Below, one piece after another: positions 6,944 through 12,820 of a stretch of 12,820 nt of DNA. A program made the position numbers and the translations under genes. Numbering within the stretch: position 1 is the first letter of the stretch; each line of letters starts with the position of its first letter. The notes below the pieces were generated by a model. It was not told the origin of the DNA, ran no database searches, and saw only the letters and a program-made list of their open reading frames with translations. Source of the stretch: an uncultured Eubacteriales bacterium (lineage in GTDB: Bacteria; Bacillota; Clostridia; TANB77; RGIG9151); NCBI GenBank assembly GCA_964631135.1, contig CAZVVZ010000026.1:1-12820 (forward strand). The letters are read 5' to 3'.

Positions 6944-8182
6944 TCAAACATTTTTTGCCGCTAAATATGCAGTAGAAAATGCAATCTGTAAATTAAATCC
7001 TCCGGTAAATGCATCAACATCAATAATCTCACCACACAAAAATAAACCTTTTACAGCTTTAGACTCCATGGTAGAAGGATCTATTTCGGAAATTTTTATC
7101 CCACCGGCAGTAATAATAGCTTCAGCAATAGGTCTAAGTGCATTTATATCAAATCTAAAATCTTTTAATACACGAACAATGCAAAATCTTTCTTCCCTAG
7201 TAACAGCATTAACAACCTTATTCCCATCAACTCCGCTAAGCTCTATAACCGCAGGGATCAATTTCTCCGGTAACAAATCAAATAAAGCATTCTTTAGCTG
7301 CTTATTACTATACTTTAAAAAATCTCTTTGAACCCTCAAATCCAATTTTTCAAAACTTAGAGCCGGCTTTAAGTCGATACTTCCAATAATCCCATCTACA
7401 GTTAAATCTTCTTTCATATATTTATGTAAAACTCTACTACCGCTTAATACAATCGGACCCGATACTCCAAAATGTGTAAAAAGCATTTCACCAAAAGCAT
7501 TGTAAATAACTTTGCCCTTGTCATTCTTAAGTAAAAACTCAACGTTTTTCAGTGATAATCCCTGTAAGCCCTTTATAATTGAAGTATCAGAGACTAAACC
7601 AACCAACGAAGGCTTAGGCATAACAATAGTATGTCCCAATTCCTCTGCAATCTTATATCCATCGCCGGTAGAACCTGTTGCCGGGTAACTCATACCACCG
7701 GTCGCTAAAACAACTCTGTCACATTCTATTACTTCACCGCTACTTAACCTCACACCGAAAATTCCGCCATCTTTGGTCAAAACATCCTTTGCGACCGTAT
7801 TAAATCTAAACTTAACTCCATTTTTAACCGCACACCTATATAATGCAGTAACAACATCCTTAGCTGAATCGGAAACAGGGAAAACCCTTTCCCCTCTTTC
7901 AACTTTTGTTTTTACCCCATGTTTTTCAAAAAAATCAATAACATCCTCATTTGTATAAGAATAAAAGGCACTATATAAAAACCTGCCATTTCCGGGAACA
8001 TTTTTAATAAAATCACTAATATCCATTGCATTAGTAATATTACATCTTCCTTTACCGGTAATAGCAAGCTTTCTGCCGGGTCTATCATTTTTTTCTATAA
8101 CTGTAACTTCTAAATCTTTAGCCGTATTGCAAGCCACAAACAATCCTGAAGCTCCACCGCCAATAATAACAACTCTACTCAT
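6944..8182 (-). CDS. HI0933/YhiN (BaiN-like) family FAD-dependent oxidoreductase
   Basis: 412-aa ORF. It has an N-terminal dinucleotide-binding motif VVIIGGGASGL, the family-typical GRKLAITGKGRCNITN, and the C-terminal GLFLCGEIIDVDAFTGGFNLQIAFSTAY. The ATG at 8182 lies 4 nt after the sigF stop, with GGAG inside the end of sigF (atggcGGAGtaattttATG). Confidence 0.85.
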   Translation of the reverse strand: MSRVVIIGGGASGLFVACNTAKDLEVTVIEKNDRPGRKLAITGKGRCNITNAMDISDFIKNVPGNGRFLYSAFYSYTNEDVIDFFEKHGVKTKVERGERVFPVSDSAKDVVTALYRCAVKNGVKFRFNTVAKDVLTKDGGIFGVRLSSGEVIECDRVVLATGGMSYPATGSTGDGYKIAEELGHTIVMPKPSLVGLVSDTSIIKGLQGLSLKNVEFLLKNDKGKVIYNAFGEMLFTHFGVSGPIVLSGSRVLHKYMKEDLTVDGIIGSIDLKPALSFEKLDLRVQRDFLKYSNKQLKNALFDLLPEKLIPAVIELSGVDGNKVVNAVTREERFCIVRVLKDFRFDINALRPIAEAIITAGGIKISEIDPSTMESKAVKGLFLCGEIIDVDAFTGGFNLQIAFSTAYLAAKNV

Positions 8183-8186
8183 AAAA

Positions 8187-8909
8187 TTACTCCGCCATCT
8201 TACTTCTCATATTCTCTAAAATCTTCTTCTCCATTCTTGAAACCTGTACCTGAGAAATTCCGAGCATATTCGCAACTTTCACTTGTGTAGCGCCCTTAAA
8301 ATATCTCATAGCAATAATCTGCTTTTCACAAGGTGCAAGTTCAGAAAGCAGTTCCTTTAATATAATCTTTTCAAATTCCTTTTCATCAGTATTATCAGCA
8401 TTAGCCAACTTATCTATTAAATAAACAGGGTTCTTATCTGACTCATTGATAACAGCATTTAGCGACTCAGCCGGTTTTAAAACTTCAAGTGCCATAACCA
8501 CATCATCCGCAGAAATCTTAAGATGAGCAGAAATCTCAGAAACAGTAGGTTCAACACCATTCTTAGCAAAATAATAGTCAATCGCAAGCTTTATCTTAAC
8601 AGCATTCTCCTTAACTGCACGACTAACCTTAACCAAGCCATCATCACGTAAAAATCTCTTTATCTCCCCCATAATAAGCGGAACCGCATAGGTAGAAAAT
8701 AGTGTATTAAACGAAGTATCATACTTCCTAACAGCTTTTATAAGCCCAATACAACCAATTTGATAAAGATCTTCTTTCTCATACCCTCTATTTAAAAAAC
8801 GCTTAACAATACTCCAAACCAAACCAGAATTCCTCTCAACAATAATATCCACAGCCTCTTTAGAGCCGGAATTAGCCTGTTTTAAGAGTTCCTCATTTGT
8901 AAACTCCAT
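8187..8909 (-). CDS. sigF: Sporulation sigma factor SigF (forespore-specific)
   Basis: Sigma-70 family protein. LVWSIVKRFLNRGYEKEDLYQIGCIGLIKAV, STYAVPLIMGEIKRFLRDDGLVKVSR and the C-terminal helix-turn-helix GISQVQVSRMEKKIL closely parallel B. subtilis SigF as I remember it. It is the third gene after spoIIAA-spoIIAB. Confidence 0.87.
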   Translation of the reverse strand: MEFTNEELLKQANSGSKEAVDIIVERNSGLVWSIVKRFLNRGYEKEDLYQIGCIGLIKAVRKYDTSFNTLFSTYAVPLIMGEIKRFLRDDGLVKVSRAVKENAVKIKLAIDYYFAKNGVEPTVSEISAHLKISADDVVMALEVLKPAESLNAVINESDKNPVYLIDKLANADNTDEKEFEKIILKELLSELAPCEKQIIAMRYFKGATQVKVANMLGISQVQVSRMEKKILENMRSKMAE

Positions 8910-8942
8910 ATTCTAATCCTTTCTCTTTAGTAATCACAAGTT

Positions 8943-9410
8943 TTAATTTGCTAAAACTCTTTCCTTATGTATCCCATTTAAAACATTTTTCTTAATCTTC
9001 TTACTCATAGTAACAGTCGTGCCTTTGCCAACCTCAGACTTTACCGTAAGTTTATCCATAAAATTCTCCATAATAGTAAAGCCCATACCTGAACGTTCTA
9101 AATCAGGCTTTGTAGTAAAGAGAGGCTCTTTCGCCTTGTTGATGTTCTCAATTCCTCTCCCCTTATCCTTAACCTGAATAATAACCGTATCATCTTTAAT
9201 CTGAGCTGAAACCGTAATCATACCGATTTCATCCTCATAAGCATGCACAATTGAATTAGTAACAGCCTCAGAAACAGCCGTTTTTATTTCCGATAACTCC
9301 TCTATCGTAGGATCGAGTTGCGAAACAAACGAAGCAACTGCAACCCTCGCAAACCCTTCATTAGTAGATTTACTCAAAAACTCCATCTTCATAACATTAT
9401 CGTAACCCAT
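8943..9410 (-). CDS. spoIIAB: Anti-sigma F factor SpoIIAB (serine protein kinase)
   Basis: [39 protein letters not shown] and the later GRGIEN and SGMGFT boxes are GHKL-kinase motifs typical of SpoIIAB. The ATG at 9410 lies 1 nt after the spoIIAA stop, with GGAGGTG just upstream (acGGAGGTGTAAgATG). Confidence 0.9.
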   Translation of the reverse strand: MGYDNVMKMEFLSKSTNEGFARVAVASFVSQLDPTIEELSEIKTAVSEAVTNSIVHAYEDEIGMITVSAQIKDDTVIIQVKDKGRGIENINKAKEPLFTTKPDLERSGMGFTIMENFMDKLTVKSEVGKGTTVTMSKKIKKNVLNGIHKERVLAN

Positions 9411-9411
9411 C

Positions 9412-9762
9412 TTACACCTCCGTCTTTATCTTCTGTAAAACACTTTCCATATTTTTATCCTCTGTTAAAATCTTAAAAATGCCAGACATCTGAAAAATCC
9501 TACGAACAGCAGGTTTCAAATTAACTATAATTGCTTGTCCGCCATTCTTACTTATAAGCTTGTACCTCCCCATAATAAGCCCAATTCCCGAGCTATCCAT
9601 AAAATTAACACCATCAAAATCAAATATTAAATATTTAGCATTTCTAAACTCAATAGCCAAATCAATCTTATTCTTTATCTTCTCACAAGTATGATGATCA
9701 ATTTCCTCATTTATCTTTACAACAACAACTTTTTTATCCTTAATAAAATCTATGCTAACCAA
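9412..9762 (-). CDS. spoIIAA: Anti-sigma F factor antagonist SpoIIAA (STAS domain)
   Basis: [17 protein letters not shown] and the phosphorylatable serine motif [15 protein letters not shown] are present. The track start (GTG at 9786) lies upstream of and runs through the RBS. I prefer the TTG at 9762, 5 nt after GAGGAGGGGG (gaGGAGGGGGtaaatTTG), giving (M)[10 protein letters not shown].... Confidence 0.88.
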   Translation of the reverse strand: MVSIDFIKDKKVVVVKINEEIDHHTCEKIKNKIDLAIEFRNAKYLIFDFDGVNFMDSSGIGLIMGRYKLISKNGGQAIIVNLKPAVRRIFQMSGIFKILTEDKNMESVLQKIKTEV

Positions 9763-9788
9763 ATTTACCCCCTCCTCTCGCCCCACTA

Positions 9789-9814
9789 ATTCGCTTAAGA
9801 AAAGGGATTCTCCT
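9789..9814 (-). promoter_or_regulatory. Candidate sigma-H-type promoter P1 of the spoIIA operon (AGGAGAA-N12-AGCGAAT)
   Basis: The minus strand reads aaAGGAGAAtcccttttcttaAGCGAATtag, which fits the B. subtilis sigma-H pattern RNAGGAWWW-N11-12-RNNGAAT apart from one W position. The 0A-like boxes lie immediately upstream. The predicted 5' UTR is about 20 nt. Confidence 0.4.
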
Positions 9815-9815
9815 T

Positions 9816-9841
9816 TGTCGAAACTCTTAAAACTTTCGATA
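9816..9841. promoter_or_regulatory. Pair of inverted Spo0A-box-like heptamers
   Basis: The plus strand has TGTCGAA (9816..9822), an exact match to the 0A box TGNCGAA, and TTCGATA (9835..9841), whose complement TATCGAA has one mismatch. Together they form the inverted repeat TCGAAA-N10-TTTCGA. Confidence 0.4.
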
Positions 9842-9848
9842 TTTCTAT

Positions 9849-9873
9849 ATTCTACCCATACGAGGAAAATCCT
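9849..9873 (-). promoter_or_regulatory. Alternative sigma-H-type promoter P2 (AGGATTT-N11-GTAGAAT)
   Basis: The minus strand reads gaAGGATTTtcctcgtatggGTAGAATat, a full match to the AGGAWWW-N11-RNNGAAT pattern. This choice would place the 0A-like boxes downstream of the transcription start. Confidence 0.3.
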
Positions 9874-9893
9874 TCTATAAGAAACATTAAATC

Positions 9894-9940
9894 AAAAAAA
9901 ATAACACAAATGTCATATAGTTTAAAAGATGACATCTGTG
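9894..9940 (-). terminator. Rho-independent terminator of htpG
   Basis: The minus strand reads CACAGATGTCAT-cttttaaactat-ATGACATTTGTG, a 12-bp stem with one G-U pair and a 12-nt loop, followed by TTATTTTTTTT. It lies 75 nt after the htpG stop. Confidence 0.8.
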
Positions 9941-10015
9941 CCATTTTATTTGCAAAGACTTTTTCAATAACCTCACAAAGTCCCCTCTGTCTGGTTGCTA
10001 ATTATTTTTTGAAGC

Positions 10016-11902
10016 CTATTTAGACATAAGTTCACAAACCAAATTGCTTATCTCCGTTGGATTTTCAATGCTAAGCCCTTCGATAAGTCTTGCTTGCGAA
10101 TATAAAATCTTTGTATAATTCTTTAGCTCATCCTTATTATCTTTATACAATTCTTTTAACTTATTTACAATCGGATGTGCCTTGTTTATTTCTAAAACCG
10201 TTTGAGCCTTAACTTGGTTCTTGTCTCCGAACTGACTGGTTAATGTCTTTTCCATTTCAACAGAAATCGGTCCTTCGCTCGTTAAGCAAACAGGATGATT
10301 TACTAGTCTATTCGTAAATCTAACATCTTGGACCTCATTTTGGATGCTTTCTTTCATAAAGCTTAGCATTCCCTTAAATTCATCATTTTCTTTCTTTAAC
10401 TCTTCTTTTTCTTCCTCAGTCGCGATATCTATGTTTTCAGCACATACATTAACAAACTTTTTCTTATCATATTCCATTAAAACTTGAAGAGCAAATTCGT
10501 CCACATTTTCAGTTAAATATAAGATTTCATAACCCTTTGCCTTAATTGCTTCAACTTGAGGTAAACTTTCAATCTTGTCATTTGTTTCACCGCAAGCATA
10601 ATAAATATCTTTTTGCTCAGCTTTCATTCTACTGCAGTACTCTTGTAATGTAACAAGCTTCTTTTCAGTTGAAGAATAGAATAATAATAAATCTTTTAAC
10701 TTATCTTTATTCATACCGAAATTTGCATAAGTTCCAAACTTTAATTGCATACCGAATGCACCAAAAAATTTCTCATATTCTTCCCTATTATCTTTTAGCA
10801 TCTTTTCAAGTTCGGATTTTATCTTATTTTCAATATTCTTCTCAATTCCCTTTAATTGTCTGTCATGTTGTAACATCTCACGTGAAATATTTAGAGACAA
10901 ATCCTGACTATCTACTAATCCTTTTACAAAGCCAAAGTAGTCAGGTAATAAATCTGAACATTTATCCATAATCAATACACCATTTGAATACAATTGAAGA
11001 CCCTTTTCATATTCCTTTGTATAATAATCATACGGAGCATGTGACGGAATGTATAGAAGTGCATTATAACTTAATTGCCCTTCAACAACACTATGAATTA
11101 CCTTAATTGGTTTTTCAAAATCGTTAAACTTGCTTGTATAGAAATTATCGTAGTCATCCTTCGAAATTTCGCTCTTCTTCTTTTTCCAAATAGGTACCAT
11201 ACTATTTAATGTCTCTACTTCTTTAACTTTTTCGTATTCGTTTTCTGTACCTTCTTTTTTATGCTCATGTTCAACTTCCATTTTAATAGGATATCTTATA
11301 TAATCCGAATATTTCTTTACAATACTTTTTATTGTGTATTCTTCTAAAAACTGGCTATACTTTTCCTCATCAGTATCAGGTTTGATATGCAAAACAATTT
11401 CTGTTCCGACACTATCTTTCTCACATGGCTCTATCGTATAACCTTCCACCCCTTTAGACGTCCATCTGTATGCCTGTTCCGAATCTACTGATTTACTGGT
11501 AACAGTAATCTTATCTGCGACCATAAATGCTGAATAAAATCCAACACCAAACTGACCGATAAGTTCTATTCCTTTCTTATCTTCTGTTTCTTTCTTAAAT
11601 GCAAGAGAGCCACTCTTCGCTATCGTCCCTAAATTATTTTCTAATTCACTTTCAGTCATTCCGCAACCATTATCTGATATTGTTAAATTACGATTAGCTT
11701 TATCAACATCAATTCTTATTGCAAAATCCGATTGATTAACTTCTATCTTATCATCTGTTAAAGAACGATAATGAAGCTTATCAATAGCATCACTTCCGTT
11801 AGATATTAACTCTCTTAAAAAGATTTCTTTATTTGTATAAATTGAATTTATCATTAAATCGAGAAGTCTTTTTGACTCTGCTTTAAATTGTTTATTAGCC
11901 AT
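10016..11902 (-). CDS. htpG: Molecular chaperone HtpG (bacterial Hsp90)
   Basis: [45 protein letters not shown], then DNGCGMT and [15 protein letters not shown], are the Hsp90 GHKL ATPase signatures. The ATG at 11902 follows AAGGAG (aAAGGAGtgagttatATG). The track ORF extension to 11956 starts at a TTG inside the promoter. Confidence 0.95.
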   Translation of the reverse strand: MANKQFKAESKRLLDLMINSIYTNKEIFLRELISNGSDAIDKLHYRSLTDDKIEVNQSDFAIRIDVDKANRNLTISDNGCGMTESELENNLGTIAKSGSLAFKKETEDKKGIELIGQFGVGFYSAFMVADKITVTSKSVDSEQAYRWTSKGVEGYTIEPCEKDSVGTEIVLHIKPDTDEEKYSQFLEEYTIKSIVKKYSDYIRYPIKMEVEHEHKKEGTENEYEKVKEVETLNSMVPIWKKKKSEISKDDYDNFYTSKFNDFEKPIKVIHSVVEGQLSYNALLYIPSHAPYDYYTKEYEKGLQLYSNGVLIMDKCSDLLPDYFGFVKGLVDSQDLSLNISREMLQHDRQLKGIEKNIENKIKSELEKMLKDNREEYEKFFGAFGMQLKFGTYANFGMNKDKLKDLLLFYSSTEKKLVTLQEYCSRMKAEQKDIYYACGETNDKIESLPQVEAIKAKGYEILYLTENVDEFALQVLMEYDKKKFVNVCAENIDIATEEEKEELKKENDEFKGMLSFMKESIQNEVQDVRFTNRLVNHPVCLTSEGPISVEMEKTLTSQFGDKNQVKAQTVLEINKAHPIVNKLKELYKDNKDELKNYTKILYSQARLIEGLSIENPTEISNLVCELMSK

Positions 11903-11924
11903 ATAACTCACTCCTTTATGACGA

Positions 11925-11953
11925 ATTATATATCTATTTTTTAGCAATGTCAA
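11925..11953 (-). promoter_or_regulatory. Consensus sigma-A promoter of htpG (TTGACA-N17-TATAAT)
   Basis: The minus strand reads TTGACAttgctaaaaaatagataTATAAT. Both hexamers match the consensus perfectly at the optimal 17-nt spacing. The -10 ends about 22 nt upstream of the htpG ATG. Confidence 0.7.
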
Positions 11954-11967
11954 CAAGAGAGTGCTAA
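11941..11967. promoter_or_regulatory. CIRCE-like inverted repeat (HrcA operator type) overlapping the htpG -35
   Basis: The plus strand reads TTAGCAATG-tcaacaaga-GAGTGCTAA against the CIRCE consensus TTAGCACTC-N9-GAGTGCTAA. One arm matches 9/9, the other 7/9, and the 9-nt spacer is exact. Confidence 0.55.
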
Positions 11968-11983
11968 TTTCTTAAGACTTAAG

Positions 11984-12820
11984 TTATTGGTCAGACTTGC
12001 CCCTTTTTACTCCGCTATTAAATTTATCTAGTAATAATGCGCTCACAACACCAACAATAAGGCATATAGAATTAGCTAAAAACTGTGTCCCGGACTCCAT
12101 AAAACTGTCAAAAGGAATAATCATCAATGTTGCAATCGTAACTATCCCAACAATCGCATGAAAGGCAACAGAATAGTGATGTTCAAACAACGAATCAACA
12201 GCCTTAGCCAAGCAAATAACCGTTACTGCGGCTCCAATTCCGGCCGGAATCAGTATTTCAAAATTTAAATTCCCTATCCCGGCTACAAACGGAGTATAAA
12301 GTCCTAAAGGCATAAGTAGTGTAGAAAAACTCATTCCGGGAGCTATAACACTCAGTGCAAGGCAAAAACCGCAGAATATGTACCAGCCAAAATTAGGTGT
12401 AATAGTAACTGAAAAAATCTGCAAGCAATATAATATAGAAAAAACAACTATACCGGCAGCCACCAGTGAAATATATGAATACTTGTTTCTACCTTTTTCT
12501 CCTGCCTCATTCCATAGCGAAGGAATCATACCGGCAATCAGCCCAACAAAAAGGCAAACAGACTGTGACGGATATTTTTCTAAGAAAAATGCAAGCACAT
12601 TCGCGATCCCTAAAAAGCCAATCGCTACACCAATTATAATAGGCATAAGTTTAGGAACATGAGTTTTGAAATTCTTTATAGGATGGGACAGTAACTCCAT
12701 AACCGGCTTATATACACCAAATATTACACAGAGCACTCCACCGGAAATCCCGGGTAAAACTGCACCCAGTCCAATCAAAGCCCCTTCCGCTATTCTAAAT
12801 AAAATCTCTACCAATTTCAT
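11984..12820 (-). CDS. DUF368 family polytopic membrane protein (PopT-like candidate polyprenyl-phosphate transporter)
   Basis: 278-aa very hydrophobic ORF with the DUF368-type motif LPGISGGVL near the N-terminus and a second degenerate copy APGMSFSTLL mid-protein. The ATG (MKLVEILF...) is the last triplet of the window, so the upstream RBS and any longer start cannot be checked. Confidence 0.65.
   Translation of the reverse strand: MKLVEILFRIAEGALIGLGAVLPGISGGVLCVIFGVYKPVMELLSHPIKNFKTHVPKLMPIIIGVAIGFLGIANVLAFFLEKYPSQSVCLFVGLIAGMIPSLWNEAGEKGRNKYSYISLVAAGIVVFSILYCLQIFSVTITPNFGWYIFCGFCLALSVIAPGMSFSTLLMPLGLYTPFVAGIGNLNFEILIPAGIGAAVTVICLAKAVDSLFEHHYSVAFHAIVGIVTIATLMIIPFDSFMESGTQFLANSICLIVGVVSALLLDKFNSGVKRGKSDQ

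Noticed and set aside
9859-9951. A 30-codon minus-strand ORF (MAQMSSFKLYDICVIFFDLMFLIEGFSSYG) in the htpG-spoIIAA spacer.
   Set aside because: It has no RBS, it runs straight through the htpG terminator hairpin and T-tract, and its composition looks like translated AT-rich spacer.
11992-11999. GGTCAGA as a CtsR operator half-site near the htpG upstream region.
   Set aside because: It is a single imperfect heptamer with no second direct repeat, and it lies inside the 3' end of the DUF368 coding sequence.
11-12662. Plus-strand and alternative-frame ORFs of 61-100 aa nested inside the large minus-strand genes (11..226, 652..864, 1098..1298, 1379..1657, 2977..3252, 4245..4445, 4737..5009, 5891..6085, 7068..7331, 7773..7958, 10669..10971, 12378..12662).
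   Set aside because: All overlap well-supported conserved genes in another frame or on the opposite strand. They translate to low-complexity, S/L/I/N-rich peptides, as expected from AT-rich antisense sequence. I saw no RBS for them.
1-12820. CRISPR arrays, tandem repeats, IS or transposon ends, integrase or recombinase genes, and tRNA, rRNA or riboswitch elements.
   Set aside because: None was recognised on either strand. Intergenic spacers are short (1-229 nt) and are mostly accounted for by promoters, RBSs and terminators. This was a by-eye scan, so short or degenerate elements could have been missed.

Overview
This is a low-GC chromosomal core segment, roughly one third G+C by eye, from an endospore-forming Firmicute of Clostridia type. 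I call 12 protein genes, 11 of them on the minus strand. In minus-strand reading order from the right edge they are: a DUF368 membrane protein; htpG; the spoIIAA-spoIIAB-sigF forespore sigma-factor operon with an HI0933-family flavoprotein attached 4 nt after sigF; prfB (programmed +1 frameshift), queH and holA as an apparent operon; lysS; and glyQS. One plus-strand patatin-like phospholipase gene lies between the holA and lysS units. Several track ORFs carry N-terminal extensions that are artefacts, and I trimmed them to starts backed by a ribosome-binding site (RBS). I saw no rRNA, tRNA, CRISPR array, transposase, integrase or recognisable defence island, and no convincing new multi-gene system, so the window looks like housekeeping plus sporulation genes. 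The least explained signal is a 29-nt box present twice (26/29 identical). Each copy lies exactly 29 nt upstream of the -35 hexamer of a predicted sigma-A promoter (lysS and prfB), and each contains an internal direct repeat that co-varies between the copies. Secondary observations are: a CIRCE-like operator over a consensus htpG promoter; two candidate sigma-H promoters with 0A-like boxes upstream of spoIIAA; the flavoprotein coupled to sigF where other spore formers carry spoVA genes; a prfB frameshift site without a strong internal Shine-Dalgarno (SD) sequence; and no room for a T-box leader before glyQS. All family assignments rest on motif recognition from memory, not on searches.
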